A stretch of 63,945 bases of DNA, filler included, from Intoshia linei (taxonomy: Eukaryota > Animalia > Orthonectida): NCBI GenBank assembly GCA_001642005.1. It is 4 parts of 4 records of this genome, joined end to end, with 100 filler letters (N's around TTAATTAATTAA, not from the genome) between each part and the next. Parts side by side here need not be neighbours in the genome. Positions count along the whole stretch, not along the records: positions 1 to 22,149 come from LWCA01000608.1; 3 more parts are not named here. One strand, written 5' to 3'. The position numbers and the translations under genes were made by a program. The notes beneath the pieces were generated by a model that did no database searches, was not told where the DNA came from, and was given only the letters and a program-made list of their open reading frames with translations. Of this stretch, positions 1-13,900 are shown piece after piece. The first letter of the stretch is position 1; each line of letters begins with the position of its first letter.

Positions 1-918
1 CCGTTTTCAAAGAATTAGCTCCACTACAAAAGTATTGTGTTTTACTGGTTGACGAAGTGTACGTTAAAGCATCATTGAGGTGTAGGGGAGGTCATATTAT
101 AGATCCTCATTTAAACTCCTCTTGTTGTATTATAGAGACTACTCTAGAAGATTGTTTAAAAATTGACGACAAACTAAGTGACACCCAAAATAGTATTTTA
201 TTTTTTTGTAAGTGGTTATATAACGTTCAAAGAAAAACTGTTAGAAATGGATATTATTAAACATAACATTTCAAAAGAGATTGAATTTCTAGATTTTGTT
301 CCAAGGGGAAAATTGAAAATACCATATTTTGAACTGTACCTTTTTTCCCAATCTTGTTATAAATTTTTTTTACAAATGCAGTCTAAAAAATGCATCAACT
401 TTTTAATCAAAATATTTCTCATAATCTATGATAACGGCTTTTTTTTTTTTGTTTCCGATGACATGATAAAAAAAAATGTTTGCGTAGGTTAGGAAATTGT
501 TTCATGAAAGGGTTATTATCAGTAAAAACTAGTTACCAAAAAGTTTTAAAAACAACAGAAAGAAGAAAAAGAAAATTTGGCAATTGAGTGGTGGCAATTA
601 CGATGAAAAAAAAGTTTTCCAATATAGATCAAGAAAAAAGAATGAAAATTCAACTATTTGATGTTATTTTATTTTTTTATTATTATGTTATTTTTCATTG
701 TTTTTGTATGTTTATTGTGTGAAATTAAATCAAAATTTATGATAACTATTTATTTAAACTGAAAATATCAAGTTTTTTCCAATTTGATTGATTAATAACC
801 CTTCTAATATCCTAAAATTATATTTTTTTGTCAAGTCTTTCACTTGCCTAATAATCTTAGAGCAAAACAAAATCCCGCCTACAATCTTTTTTACTAGAAT
901 GTCTCGTATTCCCTCCTG
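1..918 (+). mobile_element. Degenerate, internally deleted P-element/THAP9-type transposase remnant (5' part off-window)
   Basis: Frame 3 from base 3 reads VFKELAPLQKYCVLLVDEVYVKASLRCRGGHII, matching the P-type first catalytic motif (C.LL.DE.Y.K..L.Y.GG). It then jumps, with a frameshift, to C-terminal motifs (F.VSGYI...RGKLKIP). A possible terminus ...CCCTCCTG lies at 911-918. Confidence 0.65.
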
Positions 919-1929
919 GTTTAAGCTGTTTTTGCTTATAGCAATATTAACTCTAAGAAAACAAAATACCATATGGGAGATTTGAAATATGAAAAAATAT
1001 AAGCAAAGTATACTTTGCTTACTTGTATATAAAATTGAATGTCTGTTACAGTATAAATTTTTATTAACATAAAAAATTCATAGTCGTAGAATTTAAAAAA
1101 ATGCAATTTATAATACAGATTTGGGCTGGGGATGTTGATATCCATTTTTTAATTGCCGAATTTGAGTCTTTTAGGGTTAAAAACCGATGAGCGTCTTTTT
1201 TTAATATAAAATCAATCCAAAATTTTAATAAAACAAATTTTTGGTGTGCGTTTTAAAATCATTAACATTGTCGAAAACCTTAGCCTCAGAAACTCACACC
1301 TTCATGGTCAAAACCCAAATGACCCGTTCTTTTAATAATGAAACATGTCTTAAAATTTTATAAAACATAAACTCTGGAATAGTTTTTAAAATCATAATCA
1401 TTATCATAAATTGCAATCTCAAAAAAGTACATTTTAACGATGAAAACCCCAGATTACCTTTTTTATAAAATGAAAACAGCCCAAAAATTTTAAAAAAAAT
1501 TACAGATAATAGTTATATCCAGTTAACACACACAAAAAAATTCAATTTGACATTGTGACGCCTTCACGGTCATAAAGCAAAGAAAAATTTTTTCCAAAAA
1601 TTGATAGCCAGATGAAATCAGTTCACGGGGTAGGTTTCCCACCCTTGTTCTAGGCTTTGGAATAAATCCCAACATCTGACTCTACTTTGAACTCAAATAT
1701 AAATTTTTTATTATCATTTTGAGATTTACATTGTAGATGTAGTTATTTAAATTTTGGTATTATTTCTTCATCCGGAATGGTTACCTGGTGGTCCTACTTC
1801 AAACATTGTCCCTTTAAAGTTACTGGTAAATAATTTAGTATTCCTTTTTATAAATTTACAATTATAAAGTGTACATATGACAAAATTTATTACAAAGTGT
1901 ATACAATATTGTAAAAATTATTATTAAAA

Positions 1930-4900
1930 TTATTCAAAACTATAATTATCATGGTATATCCATTTTTTATATTTTTGATTAAATATCCAACCATATTCAA
2001 TACAGTTGAATTTATAATTTTGAATATTTGAAAAGGATAAATATTTTGAATTTGCATTTAAAAATGATCGAATTAAATCAGCTAGCAGTCCCGTATATTT
2101 TAATTTTCCAATTATTATATAATTTGGTCTTGGATTGTCGTTGTCTTTTTCAGTACCCTTAAAAAGACATAATTAAATACTGTATAACTATTTGTGTAAT
2201 ACATAATATATTATATTCTAAATTCTATTATTACACCAAATTTTTCCTTCAAATCTTTTCTATAATTATCCCATACAGCTGGATCAGTTGAAAGTGTTCC
2301 TTTAGAACGCAATTTAGATTTTTCTGATAATGATGTAGTGCTGTTGTAATTCGGCTTCTTTTTGCGTTGGCGTTTAGCTGAATCAACTAAAATATAGTTT
2401 TAATATCAATAAATTTGATATGAATAAATCACATTTGATAGTACTTTAAAAATAAGATTCCAGATCCAAAGGATGAGAGGAAAAAACTATGAAAATTAAA
2501 CGATGTATTTACACTATATTTTTGAATGTACATGTATTTATTATTTTGTGTGGAAACTTTTTTTATCATACATCAATGCTGGCAAAAGGTGTTTTTTTGT
2601 GATAAAGTACAGACTTGACGTATTTTTTAACACTTCAAAAAATATACACTTCAAAACTTAAATTTCTAAGCAAAAAAATCATATAGAAATAGAATCAATA
2701 AGTAAACAAGGTTCACTTACGTATCATTGAAATTCACAAGTTTTGTTCAATAAACATTATTTATTATATTTAAAAAATTACTGAAAAATGTAACTCATGT
2801 TCTGTCATATAAGTAAAAAAAAATAGCTTTGGTATCAATTGAAGGCTAATATGAATTTTTTATTTAAAAATAGACTAGAAAATAATTTTCGAATACAATC
2901 TCAAAATTAACACAAGTTTTAGTTGGTTACCACTGCCAGAACCTTACGGCAAACATTCAGTTGAGCGATACATCTTAGAGCGACATAATCATAGATTTTG
3001 CTAATTAATCGTATTATTGATTTTTTAACCAAATTTTTGTGGGTTCCTAAACCAAAGTTTTTGAAAATTTTTTTATCCTATTTTTACAGATTATAAAGAT
3101 AATGTTGGTCCCAAAATTTGGTAGGATTTTTAAAGGAGATTTTGTTTTATCCAATTTTTATAGAAAAATCAATATGATAAATTAGTAAGATCGATGATTA
3201 TTTAGCTCTAAATGTATCGCTGCAATAATACATCGCTCTAGACCAGGAGTGTCAATTATGCGGCCCCAATTATGGAATGTGCCCGCGTTATAATATAAAT
3301 TTTTATTTTTTATAACAATTTTTTACACATACAAATTTGTATTTCTTATTTACAGTTTTTTCATATATTTTTCATGATTTATTTAATCATTATTACAATT
3401 TTAACATTATTTTTACACTTATTCTATTTTTATGGTTTTATATTTTATTTTATGAATAAAAATTTTTATAAATTAATTAAATCTGTTAATTTTAACATAA
3501 TTTTTTGAGTAAAGAAATTTTTTTGTGCGGCCCGCAAGCAAATTAAGTGTGACACCCCTGCTCTAGACTCTAGCACAGTGATGTCAAGATTTTTCAGTTG
3601 GTAAATCTAAAAAAAGTTTTTGCTGTTTTCTTTTCTATTATTACATATTTTTGAGATAATTTTCCCACACCATATTAAAAATTTTAAATAAGCTTTTTAT
3701 CAGCGTGTCAGGCAGAATCCCTGTGCGTGTGACTAGTGACACGCGAGTCATATTTTTGAGATTCATACTCTAGACTCTAGAGAATGGACGTCCAGCGTAA
3801 CCTATCTACCTCGATGCCACCCGAAAATGAAAAATAGGTCCATAAAATGTTTTTTCACGAGCTATTTATCGTGTCATATAGCCCATAACGATCTCTATAA
3901 GACTGTTGACTTGATATTTTAAATTTAACACACAAAACAGTTATGACATTCAAGAATATAATTTTTTAAATACTCAATTAGGAAAAATGAGGTTACCATT
4001 TTACAAAAATTTCTTCGAGCCCCCGAAGAGTGATCTCTATCTCTTTTTACGATAAATCGTTAGGTTCAGCACTGGCCACTGCTGATATATGTTATTATTG
4101 TATTATATACTGGATATTATTACTATCTTTAATTTGGAAAATTCAAACGAAAGAAAAGACCGGACTAAAAGTTGATCTAATTTGTTAAATTACCTTTTAA
4201 TTTACCACAATTCGATTTATGATGATTATTCCAACCATTTGTTTTACAAATTTTACTACAATAATAAATTGATTTACATCTTGGACACAGAGAAAGGCGA
4301 ACGTTGAGTGATTTTCCGCACTCATAACAAAACTTTAATCTCATTTTACTAAAATAGAATAAATTTAAAATATCATCAATGTATTTATTACATGTATAAT
4401 TAATAATTATTTATAAATTATAATATATGTATTATACTATACATTATTATTAATATTATGATATTTTTAAAAACATACGATCCATCTTTGTCGTTGTTGG
4501 AAATTTGAAATGCCTGAGAGCGCATTTCGGCTACTAGAATAACTAGAGTGTTTTTACGAGCATTTAAGGTTTCACGCTCATCAGCAGTTAAAGCATGGTA
4601 AGGGGTATGCCATATTCGTTTATCCTATTATACAAATGTTAATGTAAAATGCTTCTCCATGCTACAATGATGTATACAGATGACCAATAATATCACCAAA
4701 GCCCTCCTTGGGATCCGAAAAAATTAAAAAATTAAAAGTTATATTTTATTCATTGGTATTAGAGTTGAAACTATTATATACTTCCATTAACATAATAAAT
4801 AAATACCATTTTATTGATTATTATTTTCCACAATGAGTGTATATTTATTTGATAGGCTAAGTTGCGGCACGGTGTATGTTTTATCACACAGTATAACAAA

Positions 4901-7900
4901 AATAAAAAATTACCAAATTGTATAAATAATTTGCATAGTCTACTACAGTCCCTTCATTGCATTTAGGGCTAATTGGTAGTTTAATCAGCAAGTTTGCACC
5001 ATATTTTATTAACAAGTTTATCTAATTTTTGCCTTTATTATATTATGAATACAATCAGACTCGTCAATAATGAATTTTAAAAACAGCAGCAGCTCTACCG
5101 TGGGCCGAATTTTTAATTTATTATACAATCAGTGTATGATTCTAAAAACAATCAAATAATAGTTACACTCTAAAAAATAGTCATAAAAAATATATATCCC
5201 TGAAAATTTTAAATTTTAAATACATAAATTTTTAATATAGAGTTCTCTTTTATGATTCATTTGGGGTGAAGGAGTGGTTCCCAACTTATTTCACCATGAA
5301 CCGCTCTATTAACATCAAATTAAATTTATTATTTTATTTTGTGTAAAAATTTATTTTGAATAGACGCTGAAAAACATTTTGACGACTTTTTTACATTAAC
5401 ATTAATATTAACATGCCAGTTCACATTGTATTACCAATTTATATTTATTTTCATTAGATCTTAGGTTTTCATATTTTGGCTCGACGCAAATGCAAAGTGG
5501 TGTACCTCCTTTCAATAATTTGGATGGATCCGCACCGTATTTTAATAAGTCCTCTACTGCCTATTACAAAAAGTATACATTAATAATACACGTACAATGC
5601 ACAATATTTATTAAAAAAGATTTATTATTCATACACTTATTAATAGTTACAATAAGTATTAACATTTATAACTACATGTATGATCACGTTATAGGTCATT
5701 TATAAAAAAATCCCTTTTTTTGATAGACTTATATGATGCATAAATTTTCGTAGATTTTGTTATGTATTAAATAAAAATAAAATTGAAAGAAACATCGGGC
5801 AGTGTAGGTTTATACCATATATTTATAAGTACAGTATATTATACGACGTATAATATACGTACAGTGCGCGACGTAAGTCTTAGGCACCCTACACATTCTG
5901 ATCAAAATCTATTATAAAGTTAATAAATCTTAGATTTAACCTGAAATTAAACATCAGACAATTAAATCATGATCTCACAAACTTATAACCATACTGATTT
6001 CAAAAACTAGTCATAAAAAGTTACTCTCCCACTCACTTTTGTTTACGATATTAAAAATATTGACGACAGAAGTTTTAGGCACCTTCATAATTTCAAGTAA
6101 ACCTAATTAAATTTCAATAAAAACTAAAATGTAATGATCTATAAATAAAAAATTTTGTATTTTTAATTAAATTTTTTCTTAAGTTTTTACTTTTTTGCGA
6201 TTGTTAAATATTTATTCTTGCTTATACACTAAATTTAATATAAAAAAAATATAAACTGATGAACTGGCCTGTGTTTAATCTAGTTACCATTTGGGTGCCT
6301 AAGACTTATGTCGTGCACTGTATATCATCATAAATTATACCATGTCGTTTCCAACTTTTAAAACATAAGTTAGCGGAGAATTATCGGGTAAACAAATATT
6401 TGGATTGCAATTATGATTCAATAACAATTTTATGATTTTGTGAACTTTCTAAAATGCAAATATATATTTCTTCGTATATTTTAGACGATCTACATATCAG
6501 ACGACGTGTGCATAATAAAGTAAACTATCAAGATGAGCAGTGTTGATTCAACACATATGCATTACTATACAGTATTAACAATAACTTATATTTGAAATTT
6601 AGTACTTATCATAACTATTATTTCATATCATTTATATCAGGGGTTGCCACACTTTCTTCATTATAGACCACTAAAACAAAATTACCAGTCAAAATTTAAA
6701 AAAATACAATATAAATTTAATATTAATTATAAATAAATTAACATTTAATATTTAAAATTATTTTACGAACCGGCATTAGGAAATCACTCAGTGATATGAA
6801 TGTTTCCAACATTTTTTCAATGTGCATGGTGCACTAAATAATTCAAATAAAATTTCGAATTAGAAAATTAAAAGAAATTTTTCAATTTTCGTTCATTATA
6901 GACATAAATTTTTTTAAACAAATCTCTATTTTTACTGATTCTTTTTAAAAACTACATACATATTAAAAATGTATTTGTTGATAGAGTTGAAGAAACCAGC
7001 TCGACTCTAATGATTGTGTTTACGTTTATCTATATATTTATTTAAGTGTACTGGGCTTAAAGTTTATCTGAAAATTACGCTAAAGTTTTTTCTTTGCGAG
7101 CATGCTATTAACAGTGCCGTAACACCGTTTCCACTTATCGTATTGTCATCAGTCTAAAATTTAAAATTCAATTTAATATATTGTACAATGTACAAGGTAA
7201 AGCGGATAAGATATAAATTTTTCCATGAAAATTACTTTTGATGTAAAATTAGCTAACGAATTTGGTATTGCTAATGCATCTAATAATAATTTGACAATTT
7301 CAACTCCAGCATCATCTGTTAAACTGCATGCAAAATGAATTGGTTGTAGGTTACTCATCTAAAATTATGATTAGGTTGAGCTGTTTCGAGTAAGCATAAA
7401 AAATAGTAAACGTGGGTCTATGAAAATAACACTGCATTTCCTATTTAAATAGATTTTAAACTTATAGCTAGTTGATACTATTGATATATTTTTATTTATA
7501 ACTTAGATGATATTAAAATCATCTAATCAAAATCAAATATCTATATAAATATAATTTCATTGAATTGACCGGTCCGTGGTGAAATAAGTTTGGGAAACGT
7601 TACTTAATTCGAAATTCATGATAGAAGAAAAAACTACATGGATGTACTACAGGTACTTAAAATTTTTTCTGGAATTCATGTTTTTTATGACGATTTTTTA
7701 GGGTTATAACTATAATTTAATTGTTTTTAAGCTTATAAACTCTTTGTCTGATAAATTAAGAAATTAATCTTAAAATTAAAATGTCTACCTCGATCTAGCT
7801 GCTGTTTGTATAATGTACATAACAGTCAAGCTAGTAATTAATACATGAATAGTAAAGTATTTTCCGTGTACCCCAATTTAAGAAACACTGATATAGTAAA

Positions 7901-10900
7901 TTTGCCGCTGAACTAGTTTAATAATAAATGCAATAAATAATTATTTATTATTAATAATATACCTCATCAAGAGTCACATTAACACTAGCACCATGCTGTA
8001 GGTATATTTTTAAAATATTGACATCCTTGTACCATATGGGTAAAAATATAATACAGAAAAAGGTACAGGATCTATTAATATTAGCATTTCGTGACAGTAA
8101 TCTTTTAATTATAGTTAAAATATTATATTTTCTAAATTAATAATATAAAATTTGAGTTTTAATATAAATATCAAAAATATAAATTTACAAAAAGCTTGTT
8201 TACTAGGTAATTAACCTTTTTGTCATTAACGGGGAAAGGTTTAAAAATAATTTATTTTACATCTACGACATACATACTTGTATGTACTTTCTAGTTGGTC
8301 AAATATGGGACTTGCGTAATTTTGGCGAAACTAAGAAATAATAACCATATACACCAGGGGACGGCAACCAGTGGCCCGTGGGCCAAAATTGGCACATATA
8401 TTAATTTTGGTAGCCCTTTCAGTAAAAATTTAAATTAATTATTTTTACATTTTTCAACTTTTCACCCAGTTTTAAAAATTTTCTACTATACTTGGTTCAT
8501 TATAATCATTTAATTCTGAATTTTCAGATCGTATTGGAATTATTTTGTTGAATATACTAGAACCGTTTCTTTTCAGTTAAAATTGAAATGTATCATGTGT
8601 AAATTTTCAAAAACGGTGCCGTATCATTTTTTTATTTAAAAAAGTGGCACACGAGATGCAAAAGGTTACCGATCTCTGATATACACCATATATCCTAACT
8701 TATATAAAAGGCTACGCGATTTTTGTTTGTGTGTGTGCGTTACGCTTTATTTAAATAACTACTAGTCTTACAATTTTTTAAAGACCACATGTCAATTACA
8801 GTTTTTTCAGGGACGTATATTAAGATAAATTTCAACCTCCCAATTTCATATCTTACGGATCAAAAACCCCAATTCTCTCTCTTTTTGAAAATCCAACGAG
8901 TTGGAGAATTTAAAAAAATATATACGCTGATACGGATTTTAAAATTATAAACATTATCATAAATTTAAATTTAAAAAAATTATATCTTCAAAGCCAAAAC
9001 CACAAATTACCCTTATTTTTTTAATGAAAACAGCCCTAGAATTTAAAAAAATTTATAGGTGGTGCAATTGTATTCTGTTAAAACACATAAGAAATTTCAA
9101 TTCGAATAAGTGCCAACTTCACGGTCAAAAAAGCATTTTAGTATTCATATATTTTTTTTCGAAATATTTTATTAAAACAAAAAATGTGAAATAATTAACA
9201 GTCCGAAAATTAAAAAAAATTATTCTGATAGAGCTTATTCCAGTTAATATAAATACAAAATTTCATATCCAGAAATCTACGCATTCCCGGTGAAAAATAA
9301 TTTTTAATATATTATCAACCATATTTTTCAAATATTTCGAATTTAAATAAAAATTGAAAATGTAAATATTGATCCTATAACAATACCTAATTTCGGTAAT
9401 GGCAAGTTTTCTAATAATATCAAATTCTGCACTTTTAGAGTTCAAATGATGTGATATGACCTTGCGAATAAAATATTTGTTTTTAGAATATTCTGCAACA
9501 ATACTTTTGATAGTTTTTTTGTGTAATTTAGATTTACGAAGGTTTACAACTTTAATAAAACTTTGGAAATTATTAAATTTTGAACTTGATGAATTGTCAC
9601 TATTAGATGTTGAATTTGATGTGGAACTGGGTTTTAATCCCCTTAGATTTAATATTGGCTTTTTTGTGATTTTGAAATTTTTTGACAAGTTAATTTTTTG
9701 TACATTTTTTTGTACATTTTTTTGTACATTTTTTTGTACAATTTTTTGTTTTTTTTCAATAGATTCTCCAAAATTGTTATATCCAAAACCGCGTAAATCT
9801 ATTGAATATGCATTTTTTGAAAAATATAGAAATGATAGTATGGCTAGTGCAGTTAAACCAATGTCGTTTACATGATTTATGTCTGCTCCGTTATTTAGCA
9901 TATAATCGACAATTTCCATGTTACATGATACCTAATATTATAAATTACAATTGATGTTTTACACGTAGCCAGGATTGGTCGAAATGAAACAAATCGATGG
10001 TTATATAAAAATAATAATAAATATAATATGTATATATTTTTTCACCGAATTGCGAAAGGTTTGTTAATGGCACTATTAAGGCTTTGAAACCAATTTAAAA
10101 ATTATGATATGTAATATAATTTTTAAGTTTACTCTGATAATTTGTTAAAAACTTATTAATTAATTGACATTAGTGAAATATGAGGAAATGCTTAAATAAC
10201 ATAAACGGTGAAAAAAATAAATTTATAAAAAATTACGCATGCCAATATTAGTGCAGTATTTCCAGACGAATCTGTTACATCAACGTGTATTTGATCACTA
10301 TTAATCAAATTTCTGATACTTTCCAAATCATCATTTAAAGCAGCTTGCAAAAAAATCTCGCATTTTATAAATAGTTGTGATTTTTTAGAAATTTTAACAT
10401 GACTAAAATTTCCATTTTGAATATAATTTAGTTTGTTGCAATTTAATTCAAATTTGGGTAAACTTTTAAAAAAGGAAATGTAATTTTTCAATTCATTAGA
10501 CTTGACATGATGTATACAATTGATAACTGTGTCTACCAAACCATTTTTAGCAATTTTGATTGAATCTATATTATTTATATCAAAATCTTCACCTTGATTC
10601 GAATCAAGACAATTGAATGTATCGGTTTTTCCAGTGGAATTGGTTAATAAAGTTTCGGAGACACTATTTATAATTTCATCCAATGTTAGGTCTACATTAG
10701 AATTTTTTACAGTGTTTGTAGATTCGACTCTACATTTAAAATATTTCAGCAAGTTTAAATAAGCGTTATCGTAGTTAATGTAATTATTGGCAAAGCTCTT
10801 ATTATGTAGGTTGTAAGCGAATGAATTAATGTCTGGGTTCTGGTTTAATCGTCTGGCTCGATTTAAAACCATTTTTGTAAATTTTTGTAACCGTTGTTGG

Positions 10901-13900
10901 TCGTTTCTATATTTTTCAGTGTATTCAGAAGACATGTCAAAAAATTTTGTTTCTCCATCATTAAATAGACGATATTCATTAATTTCGCTTCTAAAGCATA
11001 AGATTAATTTTCAATAATTCATAATAAAATTTATAAAATTATAACAAACATTGGCCATTACATGAAACATTGTACATTGTACAATAATATTTACAAAAAA
11101 ATTGATAAGCCACCTGGAACTATTAAAACCCACATATAAATGAAAATTTTTTAAAATAATGTCTGATGTGTAATTTAAATCTTCATATCATTTAATCCTG
11201 TGATAGTTGTGATAACTTAAAATTATCATCGATTCTATTTGTAATTACAAGTGCTATATAAAATTAATTATTAAGATAAATTACACAATTTTAATTAGGT
11301 AATCGTTGGAAATCTGGTTTATTATTCTTGTTAATTTGTCGGATTTCCAATAACCACATGTATGAAACTCATTCACATCAATATGCACTCCAATTCCGCA
11401 TCTATTTTCATGTTCGTAAAAACCCTAATCACAAATTAATAAATTCAATATTTATTCGATAAATCCAACATCATTAATCATTTATGTTAATGACAAATTA
11501 AAAATTAATTGGAAATGTCATCAGGCATTCTCAACCCTGTGGAGCCCAAAAAAATTAATAATAATGACAATTTTTAATGAATCATTACATTTGGGTGAAA
11601 CGAATGATTAATGGTCAAAAGACATGGACTACTCTATTTTTGCGAGATGATAAACTTTATAAACTATTAATATTAACCTTTAAGTTAAAGGTTAAAGTTT
11701 AATCCGTCAATGTTCCCAAAATGGAACATGTTTTTCAAGTATTGTTTACTATATATTTTATCAGATCAATAAAAAGTTTATATTATCTATCATCCCTGTG
11801 AAAAATTAATATTGTATATCCCTTGGTGGATGTTTCATAGAATCATGAATATTGACTGATTTTTTGTCCCATCTTCAATTTGAAATTTAAAGCTTTTTTT
11901 ATGACTAGAAACTCGGCTCGGTCATAAATTTTAATAAAATAATTAAATAAAACCGCTGCTCCTAAAATAAAACAATGGAGGTTTCCCAATACGTTTTTAC
12001 ATTTGTAAGTAATTTAATTTAATACCAAAGAATTTACTTTTACATGATTTTCACGTTTTATATTAGTATTTCTGAGCCTTTATGTTTTAAAAACGACTTT
12101 ATGTTACTGAAAATATCCATAATATGTAATAAATGTATATAATTTTCATGGACCTCGTTGAGAATGGCTGATATACATAATGGTGATTAAGGGATAGGAA
12201 TTTCCTATTAGGAACCAACTTCAAATTCTGAGTCGACATGAATCGATTCATCAATTTTCATATGATCGGTTTAATAAATCCATCATAAATTTATTAATAA
12301 TCAAGGGAGAATGAAATGCTGGTATTCGTGGTCAAAAATAAGTTTTAAATACATATATGTGTAATACACGTTGTGTATTATAAGCACAACATTTTTAACT
12401 TTTTAAAAAGTATTTTATTTTATTTCTATCTTCGAATTTGGAAATAAATTTATTCTGGTAATAAATAAAGCATGGTGGGCACTGTGATACACTACAATGA
12501 GTGTGGACAGTGTCAACTTGACACCTTAATATTATATTATTATAAATTATAGTGTATAATAACTAAATTTAACTTTTGAACTAGATAAAAAAATTTTAAT
12601 TATTTTTTTCATCCAATCATCAATAAAAGGATTCAATTTATATATTATTTTTAATTTGTATTTTTCAGCTATATGAAAAAAACCAATTAATTGAAAACTA
12701 TCTTTTTATTTTTTAATTAATTGCAAATAATTGGTTTATACAAAATAATTGATTGCAATCAATTATTTTCAATTTTTGATTATTATAATATAATTGTTTG
12801 GTCCTTACCACCAATATGCTTGCGCAAACTCGATACTCCAACTATAATGTTATTGATTTTTACCTCAAATGTTGATCCATCCGACATGACCATTTTTCCA
12901 AATCCGTGACGTTCATCCAAATAAAATGAACCTTGAAAAACAGACCCATTTTTCCAAGTGTAAATACCGAATCCATGTCTTCGATCGCAATAATACGATC
13001 CAAAATATTTCTAAATATATCTAAATTATATAAAATACAATAAACGTAATCCCCGAGTAGCTGTATGAAAAATTGAATTTCTTCAAATTTGGAACCCGAT
13101 TTTTACACAAGAAAATTCAAACACATCAGAAAATTATTAAAAAAGTATTGTCGGTATATGAAGCTAGTTTCACATAATATTTTGCCGAAATATCAAAAAA
13201 CCTAAATTATTACGATATCTATAATGAGTTATATAACTAGATATACTCAAAAAAAATTGTTGTTAAAAGTTAAAGTAAATGGCCATATTTCATGTTATTC
13301 TGAGTTTTTAAATAATACATGACGATGTACTATCAACTATTCTCAACGGGGTTAATGTGGACCCCTTGGTCCATAGAACATTTTTGGGGTCTATGAAAAA
13401 TTATATAATTAAATTAAGTGAAAAATGATATTTCCGCAATGATATTAATTATTTCTAATTAACGCCATTTAATTTAATATCTATTAAAAATTTGATAAAA
13501 AACGTAATAAATGACTTTTAATTAGAAATTAATTAATTAATTAGTAAAAATATGAAATGAGCAAATTAGTTTATTTATGATAGTCATTAAATATCAGGGG
13601 TGTCAGACTCAATTTGCTTGGCGGGCCGAATGTGAAAAAAAATTATCACGCGGGCAGCACAAAAAAAATCTTTACTGAAAAAATTATGTTAAAACTAACA
13701 AATTTAATTAATTTATAATAATTTTAATTCATTAATTCATGAAATATGAAAATATGAAATGAAATATGAAACAATAAAAATGGAATAAGTGTAAAAATAA
13801 TGTTAAAATTGTAGAATGAATAAATAAATCATCAAAAATATATGAAAAAACTGTAAAATCAGAAATATGTGTAAAACATTTTGATAAAAAATAAAATTTA

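Noticed and set aside
9456-9875. Antisense ORFs (also 28127, 29631, 30313, 31407, 47452, 47639, 58937, 59544)
   Set aside because: Shadow or alternative-frame ORFs over real coding or transposase sequence, with no domain signal.
11114-11215. ANKMY1 exon with an in-frame TGA (readthrough or selenocysteine)
   Set aside because: The phase-2 donor at 11285 joins directly to the phase-2 acceptor at 10990, so no extra exon is needed.
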